NCBI GenBank assembly: GCA_963790955.1
Contig: CAWBQM010000005.1
Location: 131,409 to 195,408 of the forward strand
Origin: an uncultured Chloroflexia bacterium
Lineage (GTDB): Bacteria; Chloroflexota; Limnocylindria; Limnocylindrales; CSP1-4
Direction: 5' to 3'
Length of the DNA stretch: 64,000 nucleotides
Positions 1 to 8,320 of the stretch are shown in pieces (position 1 is the first letter of the stretch; each line of letters begins with the position of its first letter). The position numbers were made by a program, and so were the translations under genes. The notes below the pieces were generated by a model, which worked only from the letters and a program-made list of their open reading frames with translations, had not been told where the DNA came from and made no database searches.

Positions 1-255
1 TGCCGGCCCGGCGACCGTCTGGAACTCGATCCGGCGGTTGGGCTCGAAGATCGTGATCTCGTAGTCGGCCGCCACGCGGCGGCCCATCGGCCCCTTGACG
101 CCCTGCTCGTAGCGCGTGCCGACGCCGTCGCCAGAGACCCGTCGGATGTCGACCACCCCGGGCCGCCACTGTCGGGCGGTCTCGCCGTCCGCCACGAACG
201 CGAACACGGCATCCTGCGGACGATCGATCGTCACGGAATAACTGGCCTGCGGCAT
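1..255 (-). CDS. SRPBCC/START-like protein (polyketide cyclase/dehydrase type); 3' part lies outside the window
   Basis: Own reverse translation from ATG 253-255 (GAGGGG 6 nt upstream): MPQASYSVTIDRPQDAVFAFVADGETARQWRPGVVDIRRVSGDGVGTRYEQGVKGPMGRRVAADYEITIFEPNRRIEFQTVAGP. This pattern is typical of SRPBCC proteins. It is absent from the ORF track because it runs off the edge. Confidence 0.55.
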   Translation of the reverse strand, partial: MPQASYSVTIDRPQDAVFAFVADGETARQWRPGVVDIRRVSGDGVGTRYEQGVKGPMGRRVAADYEITIFEPNRRIEFQTVAGPA

Positions 256-340
256 CGATTTCCCCTCATCCTGATGGCGTAGAGCGTCAGCGTAATCGAG
301 CGGTCGAGGCCGCTTGCCACGGTACGGGCTCGGCGTCGCG

Positions 341-631
341 TCAGCGGCCGGCGCTGGCCGTAAACTGGGTCCGTGCGTCGTGCACGGCGACGACGGTGAC
401 GGTGTCGGTCGCCTCCTCGTACTGGTAGATCAGAAGCATCCACGGCCACGGCCCGAGAATTAGCCGGAATGCATCCCATCGGCCGACCAGCCTCCGGCCG
501 GTCAGTGGGAATGTCTCGAGCTGCGACAACGATGCGCGCACGCGCTCGCGCGTATCCGCCGGCAGGTTGCGGCTGCTGATCAGGGACAGAAGGTCGGATC
601 GCGCGCGTTGCGTGATGAGGACCCTCGCCAC
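341..631 (-). CDS. Type II toxin, ParE/RelE superfamily
   Basis: 96-aa ORF with GTG start: MARVLITQRARSDLLSLISSRNLPADTRERV... The size and N-terminal pattern fit ParE-like toxins, and it sits 3 nt downstream of a small RHH gene. Confidence 0.75.
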   Translation of the reverse strand: MARVLITQRARSDLLSLISSRNLPADTRERVRASLSQLETFPLTGRRLVGRWDAFRLILGPWPWMLLIYQYEEATDTVTVVAVHDARTQFTASAGR

Positions 632-634
632 CGA

Positions 635-895
635 TCAGAGGAGGTCGAGGGGGACGACCCGACCCGCCTTCGCATCGGCCACGCCTTCGGTCGTCCGCTC
701 CCACGCGCCGGGGATCGAATCAAGGAGTGCCGTGAGGGTCGCCGCTTCTGGATCAACCTGATCGAGGGCCATCGAGAGCAGCGAGCGCGCGACCGTGCCG
801 GGCTGGACGTACAGCCGAGCAGCCAGGTCGTTGAGTCTCGCGGCATGCTCGTCGTCGAGCACCACGTTGTAGCGCTTTCCCTGATCCGCGGCCAT
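635..895 (-). CDS. Ribbon-helix-helix (CopG/Arc-like) antitoxin partner of ParE
   Basis: The ORF track gives 635..946. I prefer the internal ATG at 893-895, which is preceded by AGGAGAG. MAADQGKRYNVVLDDEHAARLNDLAARL shows the beta-strand plus helix signature of RHH antitoxins. Confidence 0.7.
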   Translation of the reverse strand: MAADQGKRYNVVLDDEHAARLNDLAARLYVQPGTVARSLLSMALDQVDPEAATLTALLDSIPGAWERTTEGVADAKAGRVVPLDLL

Positions 896-1079
896 CCAAA
901 CTCTCCTACACGAGGCGTGTATATCAGCGTACAAGCGTGTGGCCAAGGCATCGTATCCGATGCTTGCCTACCCACATGTTCAAGAACCGGCCGGACGGCC
1001 CCTCCCCAGCGGCCTCCCGACCCTTGTCGACGCGGCTCCGATTTCGGACCCTGACCGCTGGGAACGGAAGGAGGGCACG

Positions 1080-1571
1080 ATGAAGGTGTTGACCGGACTG
1101 CTGCCGCTGGCCGTCGGACTGGCGATCGTCGGCGCGGCGATCTGGTTCCTGTACGACCGGAACATGGCCGCCGGCCGCTGGCTGCTCGCGGCGCTGCTGA
1201 TCGGCCATGGTGTCGTCCACATCATGTACGTCGTCCCGCAACCCGCCGCGACCGCGGGCGGGCCCGAGTGGCCATTCGACCTCGCCCGCGCATGGCCCGT
1301 CTCCGCTGCCGGACTGGATCCGGCCCTGGCACGAGCGCTCGCCGTGGCGCTCATCGGCGCCGTCGTCGTGGGCTTCACCTTGGCCGGGCTCTCGACGCTC
1401 GGGCTGGTCCTACCGACCGTGTGGTGGCCCGCGCTCGTCAGTGTCTCGGCCGCGGTGTCGGTCGTGCTGCTCGCGCTGTTCTTCGACCCGCAGCTCCTGG
1501 CCGGCGTGGCGCTCGATCTCGCGCTTTTGTGGCTCGCGCTCCTGACGAGCTGGCGACCCACGATCGCCTGA
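1080..1571 (+). CDS. Integral membrane protein, unknown function
   Basis: The ATG at 1080 is preceded by GGAAGGAGGG. MKVLTGLLPLAVGLAIVGAAIWFLY... has about 5 hydrophobic segments. The upstream part of ORF 939..1571 is discarded. Confidence 0.6.
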   Translation: MKVLTGLLPLAVGLAIVGAAIWFLYDRNMAAGRWLLAALLIGHGVVHIMYVVPQPAATAGGPEWPFDLARAWPVSAAGLDPALARALAVALIGAVVVGFTLAGLSTLGLVLPTVWWPALVSVSAAVSVVLLALFFDPQLLAGVALDLALLWLALLTSWRPTIA

Positions 1572-1581
1572 CGCCAGTCCC

Positions 1582-1648
1582 TCGCGCTTGCGCGTATCCG
1601 CCGGCAGATGGCGACTCCTGGTCAGGGACGAAAGGTCAGATCGCGCCT
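1582..1648 (-). pseudogene. Remnant of a second parE-like toxin gene (5' codons only)
   Basis: About 65 nt nearly colinear with 541-607 of the intact parE (cgcgtatccgccggcag...gatcagggac...gatcgcgc). The reverse translation ARSDLSSLTRSRHLPADTRKRE compares with ARSDLLSLISSRNLPADTRERV. Confidence 0.6.
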
Positions 1649-1651
1649 TTG

Positions 1652-1830
1652 TTCGATGTGGTGCAACAGATCGGCGGTTCGGGCGTGCCGAGGTCCGCGA
1701 TATCCGCGGTTCGTTCGATGTGGTGCAACAGATGGCCGCTTCGGCCGCGCCGAGGCCCGCGCTACCCGCGGTTTGTTCGATGTGGTGCAACAGATGGCCG
1801 CTTCGGCCGCGCCGGGCCGGGCCGAGGCAC
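1652..1830. repeat. 62-bp tandem repeat, about 2.8 copies
   Basis: Units begin at 1652, 1714 and 1776 with ttcgatgtggtgcaacagat. The array directly abuts the parE remnant. Confidence 0.85.
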
Positions 1831-2012
1831 GCACTTGCCCGCCGGCCGGGTCCGGGCGGTCGAGCGACCTTTGAGTTCGTGCAGATCGACGGCGCTCTCG
1901 GCATCCGGTGGCGCCGGATTGGCGGCCATTCGATCTTCACGTCGCCATGAGGCTCGCGATATTTGGGGCCTGGAGCTGAATTCGCGCCGCCCTGTGGCAA
2001 CCTTCCTCGGAA

Positions 2013-2543
2013 ATGGGCAACGGGGCCATCCTGCCAATGACCGCCTGCCCGGGCTGCGGCGTCGTCCTGCCCGGCCCGAGCAATTCGTGGCATCGCCGGT
2101 CGACTGCATCCTGGGCCTGTCACGCGCTGTACGGCGAGGCTCTGGGCTATGAGCACGAGAACCTCGTCGAGCTCGGGCGCTGGCACCAGCTCCTGGTCGA
2201 TACGTACGCGGCGCAGCACACCGGCGAAGGCACGGCTCCCATCACGACCGCCTTTGCCCTTCTCGGGCTGTACCTGACCCTCGAGCACGACCGTTCCGGC
2301 AATAAGGTCCGGGACGCCCACCAGCTGCTCGCGAGCCGATATCGCGACTGGCCGCGCTTCGGGACGCCGCGAGAGCGGGCGTCGATGACGGTCCAGGACC
2401 TCGTCCTCAGCGCCACCCCGGACGAGTACGTCGACGTTCTGCACCGTTGGGCACGAGCGGTCTGGCGGTCCTGGCGCGACGAGCATGTGCGAGTGGCCGC
2501 GTTGGCCAGCGAGCGTCTCTCACAGCTCGACGCGCGGGAGTGA
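2013..2543 (+). CDS. Hypothetical protein, DUF5946-like (N-terminal CPGCG motif)
   Basis: 176-aa ORF with non-shadow composition. The patterns MTACPGCG...WHQLLVDTYAAQH resemble what I recall for DUF5946. The start may be the internal ATG at 2037. Confidence 0.55.
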   Translation: MGNGAILPMTACPGCGVVLPGPSNSWHRRSTASWACHALYGEALGYEHENLVELGRWHQLLVDTYAAQHTGEGTAPITTAFALLGLYLTLEHDRSGNKVRDAHQLLASRYRDWPRFGTPRERASMTVQDLVLSATPDEYVDVLHRWARAVWRSWRDEHVRVAALASERLSQLDARE

Positions 2544-2864
2544 ACGCGAGGTCAGGCGAATGCGCGCCAGGCCAGGTAGCCGGCCAGGCGCTCGGGGCCA
2601 CCATTGGTTGTCGCCGAATTGACAGGCAGGTTGTCTCGCAGGCTGCTAGCCTGCGGGCAAGAACGGGGGATGAGGGAGCGTATTGGGGGTTGCCGCAAAC
2701 CCTGAGCTGACCGTCGCCGAGCGCGTCCGTCACCCGGTCGACCGCGACGTCGTCGTCCACGCCAACGTCCCCTGGCTCGCTCCGACACGCCCTGGCGGTC
2801 CTGCCCGCGACGGCGCACGCCCGGGCGATCCCCGAACGGATTTGGGCCAGACTCGATCGAACGA

Positions 2865-3284
2865 CTACGACGGGATGGGCAGGCCCTGGTTGCGGGCCAG
2901 GGTCTTCGCGCCGTGCACCGAGGCCTGGGCGAGCTCGGCGAGGGTCGCGCCGCTGCTGAGCTTGCCGGGCTCGCCGTCCTCGGCGCACCAGTCGACGATC
3001 AGCGTTCGATACGATCGGCCGGCCTTGACCTCGCGCAGGTACGCGGCGAACACCTCGCGCGCCGTCGACCCCGTGGCCAGGACCTTGTTCGATGGGATCA
3101 GCCGGAGCCGATACCCGACCGCCCCGTCGATGCCGATGTCGAAGCCGTCTTTGACCAGATACCAAAGACCGCCGACCCTGCCGCTCGACATCTGCTCGTC
3201 GGTGATCTCGGGGATGTCGAAGTCGGGGTCGTTCAGCTCCTCGTCCGTGATCTCAGGCTCGAGGTCGGCGTCGTTCGTATGCAT
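2865..3284 (-). CDS. Hypothetical protein with acidic N-terminus
   Basis: 139-aa ORF: MHTNDADLEPEITDEELNDPDFDIPEITDEQ... followed by a mixed alpha/beta-looking body. The composition is unlike GC shadow ORFs. No family was recognised. Confidence 0.5.
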   Translation of the reverse strand: MHTNDADLEPEITDEELNDPDFDIPEITDEQMSSGRVGGLWYLVKDGFDIGIDGAVGYRLRLIPSNKVLATGSTAREVFAAYLREVKAGRSYRTLIVDWCAEDGEPGKLSSGATLAELAQASVHGAKTLARNQGLPIPS

Positions 3285-3428
3285 TTCGTTCGCGCTTCGT
3301 GGCGCGCCGTGCGGAGATGATTCGAGGCCGCGATCCTCGGTCCGAGACTATCACCGTCAACTGACGGTTCCCGATCGAGCCGCCGATGACCAGGAACCGG
3401 GCGCGGGCTCTTATCCCGGGCTTACCTC

Positions 3429-3686
3429 GTGATCACCGCGCCCGACACCGGCCTCACCGCAGCACAGCGGCGCATCGTCGAGTGGGGCGACGGGCCGCTC
3501 GTGGTGATCGCAGGCGCCGGGACCGGCAAGACCAGGGTCATCGTCGAGCGCGTGCGCTGGCTACTCGAAACGAAGGGCGGCGCCACGCCGGCGCCCGACC
3601 CGAACGGCGGCCTGAGCCTCCCGCCTCTCGAGGCGCCCGATAGGCACGACCCGTTCGACGGCACGCTCGTTCCACCGGCGCCATGA
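3429..3686 (+). pseudogene. UvrD/Rep-type helicase N-terminal stub (Walker A only)
   Basis: LTAAQRRIVEWGDGPLVVIAGAGTGKTRVIVERVRWLLETKG matches the helicase N-terminus and motif I. It then diverges into Pro-rich sequence and stops after 85 aa. Its stop overlaps the next start (ATGA). Confidence 0.6.
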
Positions 3687-4597
3687 TCGGAACCGCCGAC
3701 CTTTCCATCCGCCGGGCGGTCTTCGAGTGGCTGACCGAGCAGCGAGAGGAGCGGGGGGAATCGTTGCCTCGCGTACTCCTCGAGGACTTCACTCTCGACG
3801 GACGACGCATTCCGCTGCTCGGCCCGCAGGGCATCTGGAAGCCCGCCGCGTGCGAGCTGCCGTTGTCGATCGCGACCATCATCGGCGGACCGTACGAGGA
3901 TGGCTGGGATAAGGCGCGAGGGACGCTCCAGTACGCCTACCGAGGAAGCGATCCGAACCACCGCGACAATGTGGGGCTGCGGAGGGCCATGGTCGAGCAG
4001 GTGCCGCTGGTCTACTTCCTTGCGATCGAGCCCGGCCAGTACGCGGCGTCGTACCCGGCGTTCGTTGTGGGTGACGATCCAGTTCATCTTCGGTTCACGG
4101 TGCAGCTCGACGACATCGGCGCGGCCCTGGTTACCTCGGGGCCCGGCGAGTATCCGCTCTCCGACGACTACGCCGACGCCCGACGGGCGTACGTGACCCG
4201 ATCGGTTCGGCAGCGGCTCCACCAGGTCGCGTTCCGCGAGCGCGTGATCCGTGCCTACCAGGAGCGTTGTGCGCTCTGTCGGCTGCACCACGGCGAGCTG
4301 CTCGACGCCGCCCACATCACGCCTGACAGGGAAGCCGACAGCGAGCCGATCGTGAGCAACGGGGTCGCGCTGTGCAAGCTCCACCACGCCGCGTTCGATC
4401 GCTTCTTCTTTGCGATCCGGCCCGACTACATCGTCGAGGTCCGGCCGTCGATCCTGGCCGAGACCGACGGCCCGATGCTCGTCGTCGGGCTCCAGCAGAT
4501 CCATGGCGGACAGATCGCGCTGCCCCGTCGGCAGATCCACCTCCCGGACCGCGATCGCCTTGCGCGGCGCTACGCTGAATTCGTCAGGGGATCGTGA
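3683..4597 (+). CDS. HNH endonuclease (HNH_2 type) with COG3440-like N-terminal domain; predicted restriction-type nuclease
   Basis: The C-terminus CALCRLHHGELLDAAHITP...NGVALCKLHHAAFDRFFF is an HNH motif. The N-domain carries the YRGSDPNHRDNVGLRRAM...PLVYF signature. Confidence 0.75.
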   Translation: MIGTADLSIRRAVFEWLTEQREERGESLPRVLLEDFTLDGRRIPLLGPQGIWKPAACELPLSIATIIGGPYEDGWDKARGTLQYAYRGSDPNHRDNVGLRRAMVEQVPLVYFLAIEPGQYAASYPAFVVGDDPVHLRFTVQLDDIGAALVTSGPGEYPLSDDYADARRAYVTRSVRQRLHQVAFRERVIRAYQERCALCRLHHGELLDAAHITPDREADSEPIVSNGVALCKLHHAAFDRFFFAIRPDYIVEVRPSILAETDGPMLVVGLQQIHGGQIALPRRQIHLPDRDRLARRYAEFVRGS

Positions 4598-5264
4598 GCG
4601 TTCGGGTCCTCGGCCTCGACGGCGTCAAGGAGCGGTGGGTCGCCGTGGAGCTGCTCGACGGTTTGTTCAGTCGTGCATTCGTCGTCGACCAGCTGGGACA
4701 GTTGCGTTCGCGTGAGGCTGAGTGGATCGGCGTCGACGTACCAATCGGGCTCAGCTCGACTGGATTCCGCGCCGCGGACCTCGCTGCGCGATCGATGGTT
4801 GGCCCACGGCGATCCAGCGTCTTCCTCACGCCACCTCGGCCCGTGCTCGACGCGCCCAACTTCAATTCCGCGCTCGTGCGCTCGCGGGAACTCGGCTTCG
4901 GCGGCGTCTCCCGCCAGGCCTTCGCCTTGTTCCCGAAGATCCTGGATGCCGAGAACGCGCCGCATCCAATTCGCGGATCTTCGAGGTCCACCCCGAGGTG
5001 TCGTTCTCCGTCATGACGGGCCGACCCATGGCCCATGCGAAGCGGACGTGGAACGGGATGCACGAGCGACGTGCCGCGCTGGCGACCAAGGGGATCCGGA
5101 TCCCCGAAGCGCTCGAAGGGCAGGCCGGGTTGGTGGCCATCGATGACGTTCTCGACGCGGCCGCCGCGGCATGGTCCGCAGACCGCTTGGCGGCCGGTCA
5201 AGCGATCCACCTCCCCGATGACGAACCGACCCGCCTTGGCTCGCCCGCCTGGATCTGGGCGTAG
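4594..5264 (+). CDS. DUF429 family protein (predicted RNase H-like nuclease), one frameshift near 4965
   Basis: The N-part is ORF 4594..5016 (VRVLGLDGVKERWVAV...IGVDVPIGL). The C-part is ORF 4722..5264 (RIFEVHPEVSF...AIDDVLDAAAAAW). Its GTG start overlaps the HNH stop (GTGA). Confidence 0.6.
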
Positions 5265-5317
5265 GCCCCTCGAAGCACCGGACTCTTCGGGAGCTACTGC
5301 CACCGGCCTATGCGCTT

Positions 5318-5557
5318 GTGGGCGGCTTCTTCGCCGCGTTGCCCTGGTTGTTGTGGGGCCTGCTGTCGGGCCCGTCCGAACCGCTCGCCCGCGACATCTA
5401 CAAGGCGACGGAGGTCGGGGCACTCAACGCCGCCGGGACGATCGGTGCGGCGATGCTGATCGTCGGGGTCGCCGTGCTGGTGCGTCGGTGGCGAGCGCGC
5501 GTCTCCGTCGAGGCCCCGAGCCGCGTGGGCCGGACGGCCGATCAGCCGCTCGGGTAG
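5318..5557 (+). CDS. Small membrane protein (hypothetical)
   Basis: 79-aa ORF with two hydrophobic segments (FFAALPWLLWGLL; AAMLIVGVAVLV). There is no homology call. Confidence 0.3.
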   Translation: MGGFFAALPWLLWGLLSGPSEPLARDIYKATEVGALNAAGTIGAAMLIVGVAVLVRRWRARVSVEAPSRVGRTADQPLG

Positions 5558-5669
5558 CCCGACCGGCCGGCCGAGGACTCCCGGCTCGCCACGTCGTCCT
5601 ACCCTTTGTCGCAACCTCCATGGCAGCGATGGGGACGCCTCCCCCGAGACCAGCGACACGGAGACGACG

Positions 5670-6251
5670 ATGCCAGAACTCCTGATCGACTTCATCACCT
5701 CGCTCGATGGCTACGCATCCGCCGAGGGCTGGTCGGGCTGGTGGGGCCTGCAAGGGCCCGAGTACCTCGCCTGGCTGGGCGAGCAGCCCGAAGGTGCGTA
5801 CACAATCCTGATGGGCGCCACGACGTACCGCCTCATGTCGAACTTCGCCGCCGCGGGCGAGCCCGGCACCGACGCCCTGGCGGGCATGTCCAAGGTCGTC
5901 TTCTCGAGCACGTTGCGCGAGCCCCTGTCCTGGCCGAACACGCAGCTCGTGGCCCGGGACCCGGTGGAGGCCGTGCGCGAGATGAAGGCCACGGGCTCGG
6001 CGTCGATGCGCACGCTCGGCAGCCTGACCCTGTGCCGGTCGCTCCTGCAGGCCGGTCTCGTGGACCGCTTACGGGTCGTCGTCTTCCCGGTCATCACCGG
6101 GCGCACCGGCCGAGAGCGCATCTACGACGGCTATCCCGACGTTGCCCTCGAGATGATCGGCAGCCGCACGTTCGACGGTCGCATCCAGCTGCTCGAGTAC
6201 GTGCCGACGATCCTGGCCGGCCCACCGGGCACGGACGCGGCCGGCGCCTGA
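5670..6251 (+). CDS. Dihydrofolate reductase family protein (RibD C-terminal domain type)
   Basis: LIDFITSLDGY...ILMGATTYRLM...VVFSSTL...RVVVFPVITG is the typical RibD_C/DHFR-like pattern. A GGAGA RBS precedes the start. Confidence 0.8.
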   Translation: MPELLIDFITSLDGYASAEGWSGWWGLQGPEYLAWLGEQPEGAYTILMGATTYRLMSNFAAAGEPGTDALAGMSKVVFSSTLREPLSWPNTQLVARDPVEAVREMKATGSASMRTLGSLTLCRSLLQAGLVDRLRVVVFPVITGRTGRERIYDGYPDVALEMIGSRTFDGRIQLLEYVPTILAGPPGTDAAGA

Positions 6252-6355
6252 CAGGTCTGGGTGGGCGAAACCCGCGTCCATAGGTCGGTGCCTTGGCCCG
6301 AATACCGAAGCGTCTCACCGACGCAGCGCCGTCGCCGGGGACCTACCCTTAGACC

Positions 6356-6643
6356 ATGGCTGGTCCTGCCGATGGAGCCATGCCTGGGTCGACTGATTGG
6401 CCGAGGCCACCGATCTGCCACGGCCAGCCGATGGTCGTCCGGAGACGGCGGCGTGGCCGACGGCCTGGCGGCTTCTTCTGGGGCTGCGCGACCTACCCTC
6501 GCTGCACTCGCACCGTGGACATCCCGAGAGTCGGTGCAACGCCCGATCCGCTCGCGGCCCCAGCACCGCCTTCGCCCCAACCGGCGGTGCCGTCGGGTCG
6601 GCTCGACCAGATTCTCGCCGCGGCGCGACGGCTCCTCCGCTGA
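6356..6643 (+). CDS. Small protein with topoisomerase-type zinc-ribbon-like motif (possibly a gene remnant)
   Basis: ICHGQPMVVRRRRRGRRPGGFFWGCATYPRCTRTVDI resembles the zf-C4_Topoisom pattern (CPxCGxxMVxR...FWGCSxYPxC). The rest is Pro/Ala-rich. Confidence 0.35.
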   Translation: MAGPADGAMPGSTDWPRPPICHGQPMVVRRRRRGRRPGGFFWGCATYPRCTRTVDIPRVGATPDPLAAPAPPSPQPAVPSGRLDQILAAARRLLR

Positions 6644-6660
6644 GCGAGACGCGGTGGCCG

Positions 6661-7512
6661 CTACTTCGCGGGCAGAGCGGTCGCCAGAATGGCCGTGAGC
6701 GCGACGATCTCGGCCTCGTCGAGCACCGCCGTCGCGGTGACCAGCCGCTTGATCGACCGTGGCCCTTCGAGTCGAACGCCATGGAACTCGTCTGGCGCGC
6801 CGATGAGGGGCCAGTCGGCTTCGAGGAAGCACAGCACCGGCGTGACCGGCGGGATCGGATCTGCGCCTCCCAAGGCGTCGATCACCGCGTCGACCTGCCA
6901 GGCCATGTTGTCGGCCATCTTGGAGCAATCACGCCCGCCGATCATGAGCCGCCAGTCCGGTCGCAAGAACCAGCCGCGGTTCCTGATGTCGATCCTGCCT
7001 CGATGGTTCTTGGCGTCCACGACGAACACCCCGGCCGGCGCGATGACGATGTGATCGATGTTGCCGCGGGTGCCGCGAACGCGACGGTCGTTGAGGACCT
7101 GGAGGCCGGGCACGGCGGCGAGCTCATGAGCGAGCTTCTCCTCGCCGGCCGCGCCGATCGCCCAGGCGCGGGTCGTCTGTGGCTCAGTCGACAGGGCGCG
7201 GACCACCTTGGCGGCAAAGCCCGTGCCCCAACGGTCGGAGATCGCGGCGTCGCGCTTGGCGGACCGGCGCTCGTACTCCGCGCGTGCCGAACGACCGCCG
7301 GTGCCGTGGTCGATCTCGGGTTCGGGCGCGGGATCGCCAGCCTGCGGACACTCGATGCAGTGCATGGTCTGGGTGGCTCGGTCCCAGATCGCGGGCATCC
7401 CGCGCACGAGCGTCCGCCCGCACTGGGCGCAGGGGCCGTCGTACTTTACGAGCCACTGGTTCACGGGCGGGCACGACCGGACGGAGGCATCGGCACTACT
7501 GTCCTGCGTCAT
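6661..7512 (-). CDS. NERD (nuclease-related domain) protein with N-terminal Cys4 ribbon
   Basis: GNIDHIVIAPAGVFVVDAKN is the NERD core. The N-terminal sequence CAQCGRTL...HCIEC is a Cys4 ribbon. Confidence 0.8.
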   Translation of the reverse strand: MTQDSSADASVRSCPPVNQWLVKYDGPCAQCGRTLVRGMPAIWDRATQTMHCIECPQAGDPAPEPEIDHGTGGRSARAEYERRSAKRDAAISDRWGTGFAAKVVRALSTEPQTTRAWAIGAAGEEKLAHELAAVPGLQVLNDRRVRGTRGNIDHIVIAPAGVFVVDAKNHRGRIDIRNRGWFLRPDWRLMIGGRDCSKMADNMAWQVDAVIDALGGADPIPPVTPVLCFLEADWPLIGAPDEFHGVRLEGPRSIKRLVTATAVLDEAEIVALTAILATALPAK

Positions 7513-7707
7513 GCGTTCGGGTCATGGTGAGCACCATCATCGACGTTGCGCGAGCCCGTGTCCTGGCCAAACCCGCCGACTCGTGGCCCGAAGCCCGGTC
7601 CAGCCGTGCAGCAGCAACGTGGTAGCCGAGGGCGATGGCGCGGTCTGCGATGAGTCCCTCGGCGTCTGGCGGTCCTATCGTCGAACCCGTATCGAGGAGG
7701 ACGTCCC

Positions 7708-8271
7708 ATGCGCAGCGTGACCTATTCGATGGGCATGTCACTGGACGGTTACATCGTCGGGCCGGACGGCAGCTTCGACTGGACGGCGCCGGACCCGGAG
7801 GTCTTCCGCTTCTGGATCGACGAGATCCGAGGCATCGGCGTCCACCTCATGGGCCGACGCCTGTACGAGACGATGCTGTACTGGGAGACCGCCGACCAGG
7901 ATCCATCGCTCGGTGACGCGGAGCTCGAGTGGGCATCGCTCTGGAAGCCGCTCCCGAAGTTGGTGTTTTCCTCGACGCTGTCGGCGGTACAGGGCAATGC
8001 CCGGCTGGCGTCGAGCGACGTCGCGGAGGAGATCGAGCGGTTGCGAGCCGAGCCGGGGGAGGGCGAGATTGCCATCGGCGGCGCGACGCTTGCTGCCGAG
8101 GCGGCCGGTTTGGGCCTGATCGACGAGTTCCGGGCCATCGTCTACCCGGTGCTCGTTGGCGGTGGCATCCCGTACTTCCCGCGGGCCGAGCGCCGGGTGG
8201 ACCTCGAGCTCGTCGAGACGCGCACCTTCGGCTCGAAGGTCGTCTACGTCCGCTATCGCGTGGCGCGATAG
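7708..8271 (+). CDS. Dihydrofolate reductase family protein (RibD C-terminal domain type), paralog of 5670..6251
   Basis: MSLDGYIVGPDGSFDW...HLMGRRLYETM...LVFSSTL...AIVYPVLVGGG. A GAGGAGG RBS precedes the start. Confidence 0.8.
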   Translation: MRSVTYSMGMSLDGYIVGPDGSFDWTAPDPEVFRFWIDEIRGIGVHLMGRRLYETMLYWETADQDPSLGDAELEWASLWKPLPKLVFSSTLSAVQGNARLASSDVAEEIERLRAEPGEGEIAIGGATLAAEAAGLGLIDEFRAIVYPVLVGGGIPYFPRAERRVDLELVETRTFGSKVVYVRYRVAR

Positions 8272-8282
8272 GGGCTCGGGTA

Positions 8283-8295
8283 GTTACCGGGTAAC
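8283..8295. promoter_or_regulatory. Perfect 6-1-6 palindrome GTTACCGGGTAAC, candidate antitoxin operator
   Basis: Read directly in the sequence, 26 nt upstream of the antitoxin ATG (8321). A TAGACT -10-like hexamer lies at 8305-8310. Confidence 0.4.
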
Positions 8296-8320
8296 TTCAG
8301 TAGGCTAGACTGCCGGGGTC

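Noticed and set aside
1652-1830. Tandem repeats here, and at 25551-25992, 60707-60769 and 62060-62138, considered as possible CRISPR arrays.
   Set aside because: The units are contiguous with no unique spacers, the periods are irregular for CRISPR, and no cas genes are present in the window.
1410-2486. 358-aa minus-strand ORF across the tandem repeat and the DUF5946-like gene.
   Set aside because: Only the roughly 22 codons matching parE look meaningful. The rest is repeat-derived or antisense to a better plus-strand ORF.
3429-3686. The 85-aa Walker-A ORF as a functional helicase.
   Set aside because: It contains only motif I. No further helicase motifs exist in any frame downstream before the HNH gene.
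6131-6928. 265-aa minus-strand ORF and several overlapping ORFs (6261..6698, 6315..6782, 6397..7530) between the DHFR-like and NERD genes.
   Set aside because: They have Arg/Gly/Pro-rich shadow composition and overlap the NERD gene or each other. Only the zinc-ribbon-containing 6356..6643 ORF has any recognisable motif, and even that call is low confidence.
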